Source: Vicugna vicugna (Eukaryota). From it: a stretch of 64,000 bases of DNA. Where the stretch lies: contig MU058065.1 in the NCBI GenBank assembly GCA_013265495.1, positions 7,068,302 to 7,132,301 on the forward strand, read 5' to 3'. Both the position numbers and the translations under genes were made by a program. Of this stretch, positions 47,786-61,648 are shown piece after piece. How positions within the stretch are numbered: position 1 is the first letter of the stretch; the number at the start of each line of letters is the position of its first letter. The notes below the pieces were generated by a model. The model was not told where the DNA came from, did no database searches, and saw nothing but the letters and a program-made list of their open reading frames with translations.

Positions 47786-50700
47786 AAGCCGATATAGAAA
47801 CATCCCCCAAAGCTAAACTGCTTTTCTATTCCTCCCCTTCTCACTGTAGCATCCCTGATGCGTTTAGTATTCTAAGGGGAACCTGGAAGCTCCAAGAGGG
47901 TTGGTATAGTGCAGCATTTCCCAGGATAATTTGTCCAAAGAAACCTCTTTCTGTGGAGCATCTAATGGGATTGGAGCTCTTCAGATCATATTCTGGGAAA
48001 CACTGAGACTCCAAACCCCTCATTTTTATAGTCCAAAGAGAAGTGAGGGCCCCCTCCCTCAGACACTGGGGACTCGCTGGGGGTCCTGATTGGGAAGTGT
48101 CTGCTCCAGCTAGGGGAGCAGGCCAAACAGTCCCCTAGGATTGTGCCAGGAGCATCAGGCCCTGCTCCCAGGGGCCTCAGCAGCCACTGTCCATCTGGGG
48201 GCTCTTGAGAGGCCTTCAAGGCATGTTGATGTGCTCCCCTTGTGCCCTGACCCTGGAGGAATTTAGCCGGTCGACTCTTACTCCCAGGACCTGGGGATGC
48301 TAGGGAGGGGAGACGGCACACATGAGAGATGGAAGGGTCCTTGGCATCATTAGGTCCAGAGACTCACATTAGCCATGTAGCTTTTTCTTTAAATGAAAGC
48401 TAAAAGAGGACCCCACTAGATGAAAAAAGGAGATGAAAGGAAAGTGTTCTGTTTGAAATTGCATGGGGAAGCTGGAAGAATGCTGATCTTGTGCATCTTT
48501 CCTGTTAGGAACAAGGGAGGGCATTCAGAGCCGTGTCCCCAGATCCCTTCCACTTGCCTGTGCAATCTGTGACGACGTCTGTTCTGCGAGGTACCCCTGG
48601 GGCCTGTCGTCTAGGGCTTGGGGGCCGCTGAGGCTGCAGAGAGAAGCTAGTTGGGCAAAAGCAAAGGGCTAGTTGGCCTCTCTCTCCTCCTGGGCTGGTC
48701 TTCACTCCTTCCTCGCCTCTCCATGATGGAACCTCCTTGGCTGAGGGGAGAACTGGTCCATCCCTGGTTCCTGATCTGGAGTCTGGCAGACGGAATCTTG
48801 GTCTGGATGGTGACCTCTTTGGCACTGATCTCTAGGAAAGGTGATGCCTGCTCGCTGGCCTCTCTACAAGCCTCCTCTGCCTCCTTGGGAAGCATGTCCA
48901 GTGCCCTGGCCTCCATCATTTCATTTGGGACTTCTGATAATGCTCTGCACTGCCTTGGCAGCTTCAACACAGAGTCTTGCTGTGTTCCCAAGACATCGCC
49001 CCTTTCTCCTCTCATTACAGCTAATCTCCTAAAGCCGTATTCTCTCCTGAGTCTCTGTTTCTGGGTCATCTTACGACTGGTTTGCACCAGAACTAACCCA
49101 TGTCCTTTTGTCCAAAACTCTTCTAACTAAGGAAGGAGACACCTGGTGAGGGAAGATGCAAGCGTCCTACGGGGATCGGGTTTGCCCCCAGCATCGGAGG
49201 CCCACTTGGAGTTCTTTAGCGCTTTCCTTCTCTGTCAAGACAGAGATCTACCTTGTTCTACCTTGTTCACTTGTGGGGTGCTCTTTTGACTGACTGGGAG
49301 AGGCACCCTTCTCTGCCCAGTCTGTCCTCTCCACCCATGTGGGGTCTCACCCTGCAGAGGGTGGCTGGATGCTAGTGATGGTCCAGAACTAGATCTGGAG
49401 GCCCCTGATGTAGTGCATAGGTCCAGGAAAGTCCAGACTTCAGTGAGGCTGGCTCCTGTCATCCACTCACTGGGCGCTGGCAGCTGGCTGTTGCTTGGTC
49501 GGTGAGGGTGGTGACTTTCTTTTGGAGTGTGTGTGAGGGGGGAGGGATGGGGGACACGTGCAATTCTCATTGGCCATGCCAGGACCAGATGATCCTGAGG
49601 GGTCAGGCCATGCAGGAACAGTTCCCTGCAGGGGAAGGAAGAGCTGATGGAATGTGGCATTGTGGTGTGTGGCTTTGCAGGTCCCCGGCCCTTGTCAGAA
49701 CCTCAGTACCATGAGGGGTCCTTTAGTTGCCCTGGGAGTCTAGTGTCCCAAAGGCCAGACCTTGGCCCAGGCTGGGTGTGCACCAAGTCCGTATGGGAAC
49801 CAGGGGCAGAGTGCATGTGCGGGTCATCTTTGGAGGGCCAGGCCTCCACCCGGTGGAGCCTGCAGGCTGTGGGACATACACAGTCCTGTGTACCGTCCCA
49901 TATGTCCTTTCCAGAGCATATGCCAGCAGCTTGCGGAGGCTGTGGGCTCTCACTGGAAAGCCAGGGGCTGGGTCCAGGAAAGTTGATTTTCGTCTCCTGA
50001 GATGCTTGCACAGGCCCCAGGCCAAGCTCTGCTGAGGGCTGGCAGCGGACTGGGAAATGCTCTGCTTCCCTGTCATTGTGGACTCCAGCAGCAGCCTCTG
50101 GGGAGGAGAAAATCCTCATGGAGGGCAGGGCAGGCTTGCTATGCTGATGAGACAAAACAAAAGGGAGGCGGGTTACTGGAGAGGAGACAGATGTTCCTCT
50201 GGGCTAAAAGTGCTGACTAGTGAGTCTGACCCAGGAAGAGAAGGAGGAGGCAGGAAATCTCAGTGGGCCTCTGATGCTGGGGGGGCAGGGAAAAACAATA
50301 GAGATATTGGAAAAGCCCCAGGGGGCATAGTTGTCTCTCCCTGGAAAGGAAGCCCTGTAGAGCAACAGCTAGAGCAGGAGTGGAGTTTGAAAGGAGACAA
50401 TAATGGGCTCCATGCTTTGGGATTCAAGATGGCAGCACTGGAAAGTTTGACTCCACCTGGTAGGGGGAGTGGCCTCAGGATCAGGCAGAGGGAATTCCCT
50501 GTTTGGACTTTGGCTCCTTCTCTGCTGGGCTTTCACTGGGATGCAAACCCCTGAGGGCAGAGGTTCCTGCCTATTTTGCCCATTATTTCAGTGCCAGTGT
50601 GTAAAATAGAGGCAAACACACATAAGATTCTCACAAAACAAATGTTTGTTGAATGAATAAGTGATTCGAGCACAGGAATCTAAGGAAAGGAATATTATAT

Positions 50701-52359
50701 CTTAGGGAAAGAGCTAGAAGTCTCTTCCAAATCTCCTTTGGGGGTCCTTGAAATGCTTGCAAGGGTATTTTGGGAATATTCTGTGTCATCCCACTGTAAG
50801 GAACAAACAGAAGGAGGCTTAAAGCTGGAGGAGAAAGCAGAGAGAAAACTGAAGATTGACTGCTGAGGGGAAATCCAGGCTAGAGGACAAGTGATAGGCA
50901 GTCATGGTCCAGGTGAGGGAATAGACTAGGGTAGGGAGTCAGGTGTCACACTGATGGTCAGCACACCTCCTGGGGCTCCAGAGCAGGTGACCTTCGGAAG
51001 TTCAGGTGGTCTAGTGATGTTTGCCAGCTGACAGCGGGGCTGTGGAGCAAGAACAGGAGTGAGAGTGAGACAAGGATCCAGGCCACTGGGGCTGCTTTCA
51101 AAGCAGGATGCTAAGACAGGGCTCGGGATGGACCCGAGGCAGGAGGAAGGCCAATGAGCAGCCCTGAGCCCATGACTGAGGGCTGATGGCTGCAAGGAAG
51201 CCATGTCCCCAGGAGAGAGGCCGAAACTCCTTCTCCTTCTTTGCTTCCTATTAGAATTCATTCTAGAACTCGGGACAGGGCGAGCATCAGATTGGGAGCG
51301 TGTGACTCCAGTAGTGGGAACAGGAGAGCCTCAGACCTTAGGAAGCAGACAGGATCCTAACATGGGGTCCACCAGCAACAGGTGGGGGGTGGGTAAGGAG
51401 ACCCCAAATAAGTAGGAAAGCTGTGTGGACAAGAAAGGCCAACAGGGGCGCTGCAGAAGTCGCGGGCAAAACGGAGGGTCTTTGTGGGTGTGACAAGCGG
51501 GCTGTCTTCTCTCTGTGGGTTAGTCTTGGATTCTTGTGCTCAGCTTGGAATGAGGGCCCAGTCTTTCCAGGGAGGAGCAGTCCTCTCTGTGTGACCAAGA
51601 GTGTCCCCAGCATCAGAGAATGGCTGGGGAAAGACATGAGAGAAGTGACCTGGGGACAGTCGCAGATGCTGTGTACTGAGCGTTTGCAGGAGGAGTAAGT
51701 GAATATGGGGAAGAAGCAGGCAAGAGTTTATTTTCAGACGTAAAAAGTGACTTTCCCAAGGCCATAAGCAAGTTGGTGGCAGAAACCTAGGTGACAGTCT
51801 CTTTCTGTCACCCTGTTATGCTGGCTCACCAAGAACATGGGTGGAAAAGTTGGGAAGAGAGAGTCCCCATCTTGGGGCTACAGTCAAGCAAAGAAGGCCG
51901 CTACGTGGAGAGTGAATGTGTTTCCCGATCTCTGTTTCAGGGAGGGCAGTCGGGGAGGTCAGGGGTTTGGGTTTCCAGGAGCTCTAGCCTCAGGGAAGCA
52001 AAGCACACAGATGAGCCTTTCTCAGGCATCCGAGTAAGCCATGGATGAAAGCCATCCATCACTTTCTCGGAAGTGTGGAGAACCCCCACCAGACTGCGAG
52101 TGAGGCAGGAAGCCCTGGTCCTGGCGCTCCCAGGAGGGGTCCAGAATGTGTTTACTTGTATACAGGCTGTGGGGGTGAGGGGTGGTCCAGTGAAAGGGCG
52201 ACTTGGTGAGTCAGCATCTTCGGGGGGGTGGGGTGAGGAAGGATGAGGCGAGCAGTGGAGGGCGGACCGTTTCCCGTCGGCCAACCCCTGGGTCTTGGAA
52301 CCCTTGCTGCATGTACCTGAGAGAACATTCCAGTTTTTCATTTCACAAACACTGAAAAC

Positions 52360-53020
52360 CAACCCTGTGCCAGGTACTGGCTTAGGAGCTGTGTAAACAG
52401 TGGTGAGTAAAGGCAGGTGTGGTCTCTGCTCCTGTGGAGCTTAGTGTCAAGCGGGAGAGAGGGGGATGGATCCGGGAATCACAGACTGGGACGTGTGTTC
52501 TAAGGAAATTCAGAGGTCGGCGGGGGGTGGTGGTTTCCTTGGAATACGGTACTTGAGTTGAGACTTGAAAAATGCTAGACTGTATAGTGAGGGCTGATGG
52601 TATGAGGGGGGATGTGTTTTCCTGCTGAAAAGGCAGCATGGGCAAAGGTCCTGTGGTGGGCAGGAGAATGGTATGTTCAAGGAATAGCTAAAAAGCAGAG
52701 AAGGAGGACGTTGCCTGAGAGGAGGCTGGGGCCGCAAGCAAGGGCCCAGGCTGTGCAGGACCGTATAGGCCAGAGTCAGGCTTTGTCTTCATTCTGAGAA
52801 CAATGGGAAACTTGAAGATTTTTATGCAGGGGTGGTGAAGGGTGGTTGTTGAACATGATCAGCAGTGCGTTTTGCAAAGCTCCTTTTGGCTGCTCCGTGG
52901 AGACCAGATTTGAGAACAGAGTGTATTTAAGAAGACTATAGGAGACTATGGAAATCCTCCAGGCGAGAGGTGATGCTAGCTTAGACCAGTGCAGAAGGAG
53001 AGAGATATAAATTTGAGAAA
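52360..53020 (-). mobile_element. L2 LINE fragment
   Basis: CTGTGCCAGGTACTG...TGAGTTGAGACTTGAA...GCAAAGGTCCTGTGG...TCCAGGCGAGAGGTGATG. Confidence 0.75.
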
Positions 53021-53403
53021 TATAATAGCAAATGTTTATTTAGCCTTTACTATATGCCAGGTACTTTTCTGGGGGCTTTAAATGGAATGTTCAATCCTTA
53101 CAATATGGCAGGTACTGTTATCTGCACTTAAAGATGGGGAAACAGGCATATGGAGGTTTAGTCATAGGTGGAGCCAGGGTTTGGACCACGAGCCCACACT
53201 CTTAACCATCACGCTCTGCCACGTAGTGGCTAGGCTGTTAGGAGGTGTGCATGGGAGGACTTGGTGTTCCATTAGATGTGGGGGGGGTGGCGTTAGCATG
53301 GGAGAGGCTCCTGGCTTGCTGAATTGGTATTATTTACTCTAATAGGCACCGGATGAATGGGACTGAGTTTGGGAGAGGAGCTCACACGTCTGGTCTTAGA
53401 CAG

Positions 53404-53906
53404 TGTAGTGGTTTTAAAATAGGCCTATGAGTTCTCTGATATTCTCTCTTTAAGTGATGGAGCTTGAATCTTCTCCCCTTAGTTGTGGGCTGGATTTAGT
53501 CACTTGCTTCCGATAAATAGAATATGGTGATAAGGCCAGCGTGTGACTTTCAAGAGTAGGTCATAACAAGCATTGTGGCTTCCATCTTGTTACTCTCCTT
53601 TGGGCCACTCACTTAGGGGGACGTCACTGTCATGTCTGGAGAGGTCTATACGGCGAGGAACCGGGGCCTCCAGCCCATGGCTGTGAGCGTGGCCCATTCT
53701 GGAAGTGGATCCCCCAGCCCTAGTCAAGCCTTCAAGGTGACTGCAGCCCCTGACGACGTCTTGACTGCCTCTTTACGAGACACCTTCAGCCAGAACCATC
53801 CAGCTTTGCTCTTCCTAGACTCCTGGCTTTTAGAAACTGTGTGAGAGAATGGCTGTTGTTCTTAAGCCATTAAGTTTTGAGGTAATGTGTTAGGCAGAAA
53901 TAAACA
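53404..53906 (+). mobile_element. MLT1F-like MaLR LTR
   Basis: TGTAGTGGTTTTAAAAT...GGAAGTGGATCCCCCAGCCC..GTCAAGCCTTCA..TGACTGCAGCCCC...TTAAGCCATTAAGTTTTG. Confidence 0.8.
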
Positions 53907-56589
53907 GCTTGTCCAGGCAGACAAGGGTGGGTGTTTGGTAAGCATCTATAGTGATATGAAATTAAAATGTGGGTGTTGACAGCATTTGGATGGTGGTTGA
54001 CACTTAGGAAGGTGTAAGAAGAGAAAGGGGCCCAGGTCGGGCTTTGAGGAGTCCTGTCCCTCAGTGCCCTTGTGCAGAACCATGAAGTGGTTTTCCACTT
54101 GTATTCCGCGTTGTCTTCGGTCTATGGAGTGGCCTTGGGGGATGAGGGAGGTTTGGTGAGCAGCTGGCCCTGCCAGTCCTCTGGTCTGATTCATGTTGGA
54201 ATGGCCCTGGATTTCTGTTTTGAGGTTGGGGTTTAAAGTAAGACTCACTTGGGAAAAACAAGGATCTGACTCTAAAATACCACAAACTGCTAACCTGTGC
54301 AATCTCTGTTTCTAAAGATGGGGAAACTGAGGTTCAAGCTGGCGAAGTGACTTGCCCAAGGGCAGGTAGCCTTGGACATAAGTCTCTGGCCCCTGTGTAA
54401 TGTTCCTGCCACTGAATCTTCCTGCCTCCAGCTCCTTCCAGGGGGCCCTGGGGAAGAGAGGTGGGAGATGTGCAGAGGACAAGATGGGTTCCTGTCCTCA
54501 GCATTCTTTCTCCCCCTCATCAGGGGGACAATGACACCCCCTCATGGGCCCACATGGTGTCTCCTCTCAGAAAGTGGCAGGAGTCCTGGGAGTCATTGTT
54601 GGCTCTGCTTGGCATGCGGCTGGTCTGAGCCTCAGTTTCTGCATATGTAAAGTGGGAATGCGGATTCATCCCTCCTAGCCAGGCTACTGTGAGGGTCACG
54701 TGAGGTAGGAGAGACCAGAGGACTTGTCGCCAGTGAAGTGCTGTGTAGATGGCACAAGTAGATCACTGCTGGCGAGGGCAACGCAAACTCTCAGGCTACC
54801 CCTGGGCAAAATGGGGCCTTTGGGGCCCTGGAGACCTGGAAACCCTCATGTGGTATGAATCCTTTGCCAGGAAAAATCCAGGCCAGAGTCTCAGAATGCT
54901 GAGCTGCCAAACTTCCAATAACCCAGGACTCCTGCCAGTCAGGGTGCTCCCCCTGGGTCGGATTTATAGTCAGATTGACTCTTAGCTGTTCCAAGTCCTC
55001 TTGGCTCTCAAGAACCCATTCTTCAGGACCCCACCCCAAGACCCCAAATCCTTAACCCCCCCCCCAATTATCACCCTGTCTAATTTCAAATTCTATGGAG
55101 GGGATGTTAGAAATCAGAGTGCACCCATTGTTTTATAGGGGAGACTGAGTGAGGCCCAGGAAAAGGAAGTGGTGTGTCCACGGTGACACTGTCCTCTCCC
55201 ACCCACTTCCTCTTTCTGGGTTTCTTTGGAGTGATGCTTGTGATCTGCAGCCCCCCTTGTAACTGTCCTTTTTTGGTCCCCGGGCCTTCCCCAGCCTGTT
55301 CTTCCCTAACCATCCAGTCTATGGCAAAGCGGCCCCCGCTTTCACTGTAATCCTGTCTGCACCACTGTTGGTTGGCTAATTCGCTCAATGCACCTGGCCC
55401 TTGAACCCAGTGTGAAGCTATGGCACGTGGTCCCACCCTCTCCCTCTCTAGCCCGCAAACCCTCTTCCATGTGTGAGATGCGACTCACCAGTCCTTGGAA
55501 GGCAGGCAAGGGGTTCTTGGAGAGGAACCAGCAGGCCCCTGGGTCTGGGCACCTCACCCCAAGCCTGGCTTTCCTGTACTCCCATCCCCCCCATCCCTCC
55601 AGGCCCCTTCAGCCTCCAGGCTGTTTCTGAGGTTTGGAACCAGCGGAGAGTTTCCCCCGACCCTATATTTTCTTCTCCCACTTTTCTTTGCTTGAAACCA
55701 TTTGTAAGCAAAAAACCATTTGGGGTGTTGTGTTTATTCTTTCCTAGTTCCACGGGAAATTACTCAGAATGTATAAGTATGTGTTTTGCTTAGAAAATAG
55801 ATTCCTTTACATTTTGGCTTTGTGGTTCCCAAGGCAAGTGGGGCCTGCAGAAACCTAGGCTGCCAAGAGGGCTCCCTGTGCAGGAGTCTTCTCGGCCTCA
55901 GAATTACACCCTTCCTCCTCTGGGGACCAGCCACCCCCCCAGCTCCCTGTTGTGTCCCTCAGCTTCTCAAGTCCCACGAGACTTCAGCCCGAGTAGGCCA
56001 GACGTGTCGCCACCAGATTCTCCCTCCTCTCCCGTGGTTTCAATTCCTACTTCTCTCTGTTTGGGGAAGATGTTGAGGCAGAATCAGGGCCTGAGAGCAT
56101 TTCCCCTGCCTTCCCCAGAGCATGGGGAGGTCTCTGTGAGGGTCTCCACGTGGACTTGAAGCAGGATTTCTAAGCTCTGATCCTGACTCTGCCTCTTGCG
56201 GGCTGCTGTGATGTGAGTAGGTCTCGTGCCCTCTCCCTGCCTTGTTTGCTTTTCCTCTAAGTGGGCATGTTAGCTGTATTTGCCCGGAAGGCTGCAGAGA
56301 GAATTGGGGAGTTAACATGTGTGGCGTGGTTAGAATGTTACCTGGCGTGGAATAAGCGTCACAGCGTGTTTCCTTGTGTTCCTGTGCATGTATATGACAA
56401 GTGCTTCTAGCCCTTCCAGTTGTCAGCCCAGCCTGACCCTCTTAGCGGGCAGTGGGGGTTTGAGACAGGATGAGGGAGTCGTGGCTGCTTCTCACCCCGT
56501 CCCTGCAAGTTCAGGGCTCCTTTCCTCAGCTTTCTTCCTTTCCTCCTGACCCAGAGCTCTTTCTCATCTGTCCCAAAAACTGCCTTTCT

Positions 56590-57140
56590 GTTTGCACACT
56601 CATGTTCATAGCAGCGCTCTTCATAATCGCCAAGAGTGGAGGCAACCCATATGTCATCAGCAAATGAACAGACCCATAAAATGTGGTATATTATTTATCC
56701 TATTTATACATATTATATGGTACCTCATTTATTTACTATTCCACACAAATGGAATATTATTCAGCCTTAAAAACGACATTCTGACAATGCTGCTATGTAG
56801 ATGAACCTTGAAGACGTGATTGATGCTAAATGAAATAAGCCATACACTCAAGGACAAATTAATGTGTGATTCCACTTATATGAGGTACTGAAAGTTGTCA
56901 CCTTCCGAGACAGAAATGAGAGTGGTGGTTACCAGGGGCTCCCTGGGAGGCAGGGAGGAATGAGGGGTTTATTGTTTAACAGGCAGAGTTTCAGCTGGGG
57001 ATGATGAGACAGTTTTGGAGAAGAATGATGGTGATGGTTGCACAACAATGTGAAGTACTTAATACACGTACAAATGGTTAAAAGGGGGAAATTTATGTTA
57101 TGTATATTTTAGCACAATAAAAAAGGCAGAAATAAAAAAA
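56590..57140 (+). mobile_element. L1MB-like 3' end
   Basis: ATGTTCATAGCAGC...GGAATATTATTCAGCCTTAAAA...GTGATGGTTGCACAACAATGTGAA plus A-rich tail. Confidence 0.85.
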
Positions 57141-60100
57141 GTCAATAATAATTTTAAAAATTTCCCTTTCAATACCCTTTGACAGGGACATTCAAAATAA
57201 GGGGCTCATCCCTGTGGGGCCCTGAAGGTGAGATAGTCTTCCTGGAGGGCATTTAGGGCAAGAGGTAGACTCGTAGACAATAACCATCGTGCAACACAGT
57301 AAAGACACATTCTAGTCCTGAGGACTAAGTTTTGGGGAGCCCAGGGGAAGGTAGAAAGTCTGCCTGGAGCAGGATGGTGACATTTGAGCTGGGCTTTGAA
57401 AGATGAATAGGAGTTTTCAGCTCAGGCTGATGGGAAAGATGAGTAAAGCCCTGGGGAGTGTGAAGTTAAAGGGTTGAGTTCGTTCATGTGGCTGGGCAGT
57501 AGGAAGCTGGGGGAGGTGGAGGAGGTGATACTGGAAAGGGAGTTTGGGGTCAGATTGTGAGACCTCTGGGGGCCACGCCAGGGGAGCTGACATCTCTGAA
57601 GGTCTGTGGACCAGACTGATGGCTGATGTGCAGACTCCTCTTCTCTCCTCAGATCCAAGAGCACTGCTGCTCTGGGGCCAAAAAAATGCAAGGTTAGTTT
57701 TTGTTTGTGTTACTATTATTTTTTTTTTAATAGGCCAATTCCAGGTACCGGGATCAGCTTGTGGGTGATGCTTGGAGGACGTTCAGGACTGTCATTTCTC
57801 ACCTCGAAGGTGGTCATGGGCTGTCTGCTCCCTACTGGGCCACTGCCTCTGACAGTCCTGCTCCACAGAGCTTGTTCTTCTCTGGCACCTTAGAGACCCA
57901 CCTCTGCTTTCTCAGAATGCAGCAGGGCCTGCCTCCTCTAGGAGGCCCTCCTGGGCTAAGCCAATGGCATTGAATCCATCTAACTCCTGTCAAGTTAAGC
58001 TCTCATCCTCTTAGGGAGAAGAGGGTGGTCATGAGAGGCCTAACTTCTGGGCAGAGGGGCTGGATAGGCTTGAATCCAAACTCTGCTACTCAGAAGCTAC
58101 GAGAAGGGGGGTAAGTGAAGGAACTTCTGTGCCTCAGTTTCCTCATGTGTAAAGTGCAGATCATACTTCATCGGCCAGTTGTACTGATGGCAACCACCCC
58201 TGCCCACTGTGTTATGATGCTTTGTGCTTACGCAGCTGTTTCCAGGCCACAGAATGGGTCGTGTCCGGAATGGCCCTGGTGAAGGAAAACTCCCCCAGCT
58301 GGGTGTTTCCAAGCTTCCCCAGGAGGAGGCTGAGATGGGGACGTTTGAGGCAAATCAGTGTGGCTGGAAGAGCAGCTCCTGACCTCAGTTTGACTTCTGG
58401 AACTGGGCCTGGCAGTGAACTCGTAACTGTCCAGCCTTATTGCTTTTAACCCTCTTCCCTGGCCAGCCTCTCTGGGGGAGTTCACTGGGGTCCACAGCCA
58501 TTCTAGGAAGCAGCCTCAAGTCACAGAGATGCCCTGTCTCCTCCACCTTCCTTGCCTGGGGGCCTGGCTGCAGGTGACGTATGTGTATGGCCCTCCGGGT
58601 CCCTGAGGCACTCCACTTGCTCCCAGTGAGGGTCTGGGCATTGTCTGGGATTAACAAGGCACTGCTGTGTGCCAGGTAGAGGCCAGGCACTCGGGATACA
58701 GAGGCAGGTGGTGCCTTGCCTCCAAGGGGCTTTTGTTCTAATAGCCAATGGTCAGTTTTGAGTGCCAGCCTCCGAGCTCAAAGCTTCCTGTGCATTAGTT
58801 TCATTAATTCTGCCAGCAGCTGTCGTGAGTGCCGCTGGGCTCTCACCCTTCTTGGGAGAGACATTTTTGTGATGGGGAAATGCCTATGTCTATTTGGGGA
58901 CATGAGAGGGAGATTTGGAGGCCCCAGTAATGAGAGATTCCCCTCCAGTCTCCATCCTCCCACTTAGACGGGGGTTTCCTGCCCCTGAAAGAATTTGGTC
59001 ACTTGAGTGACTCCTCTTGGTGCCAGCGAGAAACCCTGCAGGCCTGGTTAGCCTCCCCAGAGGAAGCCCAGCTCAGAGCCCTCAGCGACATCTCCGAAGG
59101 AAAAGGTCCAGGGTGATAGCGAGCTGGCCAGGTCCAGAGGACAAAGGCAGTGCCTGGTATACACGCCCGGCAGCCAGCAGCTGGATGCCCTACTTGGGGG
59201 CAAATCACAGTCTGGGCCCGGTCGGGCCCTGGGCCACATGGGCCGGGCAAGTGGAAGCTGTGATGTCCCTCTTGTCACCTCCAATTCCGCCTTCTGTTTT
59301 CACTTGCTTTGCTTCCTGCTAAATTCCCTTCCCAGGCTAAAAGTTTCCATCTCTGGGCTTGGCCCCAGAGTGAAATTCTTTGGAAACTTTCAGCTGAGTT
59401 CCTTTTGCTATTGTTGAGTGGGAGAAGGTGGGTGGGGGAGACATTCTGGGCCCTGCTGGTTTTGGATACATCAAATGAAAGCACTGTGAGACCCAGAACT
59501 TTCCTCTTGGCTGCTCAGGGTCTCAGCTGGGATGATGGGGGAAAATGGGGTAGTGAAAACAGTTTATAGTGGGGGGAGGGTCAAGACCTCTCGGCTTCCA
59601 GCCCTAGCTAGGACGAGTCCTGCCTTGCCGCGCTGCTGGTTAAGGTGCTTGATCTCTCTGAACCTGTTTGTTAATTTCTAAAGCTGGCTCTTTCGAATAA
59701 ATCATTTCTAAGGTTCCTGGTGCACAGCCCTGATGCTGGCTGATTGATGCTTTAGTCTCTTGGTACAATTTTTGTTTGCAACGAGTCCTGCTTCCTTCCA
59801 TGTGTGGGCCGCTATCAGAAGGTTCTAGCTTCTGCAGATGCCCGTGCAGCCCTGGCAGCCTCCAGATCACAGTCGACCATGTGGCTAGGCCACAGAGGTC
59901 TCGGGCTTGGCCTGATGGAAACCAGGCAGCTGGCCCGGAAGGAATGAGTCTTGTTCTGCTCACCCCTCCTCTCTCATTTGTTTGGTTTGACTTGTGTTCT
60001 GCGTCAGGAATGAGCTGGTTGGGAGAAGGGTATGAAACTTAGAGCCTGGATCCACACGTGTTGTTTGGTTTGGGAAATTAAAAACAAAATATTTGGTTGA

Positions 60101-61379
60101 CTTTTGTCCAACAAAGTAATTTTTTGGAAAGACAGGTTGTTGGGCTGCATTTAGCTGGTTTCTGTTTTTCACTCTAACACAAAAAGGTTAAAAATATCAG
60201 CCATTATATGAAAAAGAAGTTTTGTAAAATGATCTCTATGAATTAAGTTCTTGCCAAGAGGGTCTTTTGTAGGTGGGAGCTCAAAGCTCTAAGTCAGATG
60301 AGAGGAGGGTGATGGCAAAGAGGGAGGGGGCAGAGGCCATTGTGGGATTTTCAGATCATCAGAAAGTTCTGTGGCTTTGACCTCGTTTCTGAAACCTATC
60401 TGCAACCTGTCTAAAATGTTCAGGGAGAGAGGAAGGGGCTGCAAAGTCCCTCTTCCCTAGATCCCTTAAAAGCAAGAAGGTTCCCTGGTGTCCTTGGGGT
60501 TTCTTGGTGGCCCTGCCTGGAGGCTGAGGGGTGGATGAAACGGCCTCGGGAGAGCATGTTGATGCCAACAGGGAGGCTGACCAGCCCCTCTGGTGACTCC
60601 GCGAGATGACAGCCCCCACTTGCTGGAGTGGATGTCTTCCCACCTGTCTCTCCCTCCAGCGGGGGCTCCACTATTTCCTTCCCTTCTCTTTTCTCTCCAG
60701 TCCTAGGTTGGGACTCCATTCAGATTATCCCAGAGACCCTCACGCAGTGCTTTTTATGCCTTTTGGATGCTGAGTTGGTAGACACTGGGAGGCTCTGCCG
60801 TGACTGCTCTCACACCTCTTCCCTCTGAGCTTACCTGGCCCCTGAGATGCTTGTCTACCTTTTAGCAAACTGGAGTTTAAATGGCAGATTGGAAGCTCTA
60901 AGGGGAGATATGTTGGGATGGAAGGTGCCTCTCTTTTACCCTGTGTGTCCCTGCCTGTCCCTTGGGCCTGAAATGGTCAGAGTTCATCCTTACTGTGAGC
61001 TGAGCAGCTATTATGTGTGGGGCTCAGTCCTGCCCCCTCAGGGTATTATGCACATCTGACAGCTTGGGAAACTGAGGTTCTTGCCCAAAGCCACACCTTT
61101 GGTGAGATGCCAAGTGGGGATTGGAATCTAGATTTCTCTGACCCCAAGCCTATGATCTCAACCCATGTGGTCAGCCATCTCTTGGGCGTCAGTGGTCAGA
61201 ACAGTCACCAGTAGTCCCTAGTGGCTTGTGATGATGCCAAGTGCTTTACCTGGGACCCCACATTCAATCTGCCTCTGCTCCGTGCCCAGCTTTGGTTGAT
61301 CGACGTGGAGAACTTTGGTCCTCAGATCCCAGCCATGTCATCCTGTGGTGCTGCAGCCCCGCTCAGGGCCCCTTACTGT

Positions 61380-61648
61380 CAGAGCCCCAGTATGATTTCT
61401 GTGGACCTGAGGCACTTCACCCTCGAAGGCCCCTTCCTCCAGAGAAAAACGATAAAAATTATATTGTATGACTACATCAGTATAAAGATAAATATACTTG
61501 AGACTGGATTCGTGCTTACATATTCATTTTCATGATATTCATTTTCTTCTTGTGATTTTAAAAAAGAAGCTAAAATAAATACACTTTCGAGGGGCCCCCA
61601 GAATAGTTTGGGCCCCAGGCACGGAGCCTCATGGAGACGTTGGCCCTG
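61380..61648 (-). mobile_element. ORSL-like hAT-Tip100 MITE
   Basis: GGCCCCTTCCTCC...AAAAATTATATT...TATAAAGA...CTGGATTC...GGCCCTG resembles the recalled ORSL reverse complement. Confidence 0.7.

Noticed and set aside
48647..49130. Co-extensive ~480-nt open frames on both strands, the minus one following a possible acceptor (ccttccttag at 49127)
   Set aside because: The two frames share the same TA register, so their stops are correlated. I recognised no homology or partner exons. Reconsider only if tBLASTn/PhyloCSF or spliced reads support it.
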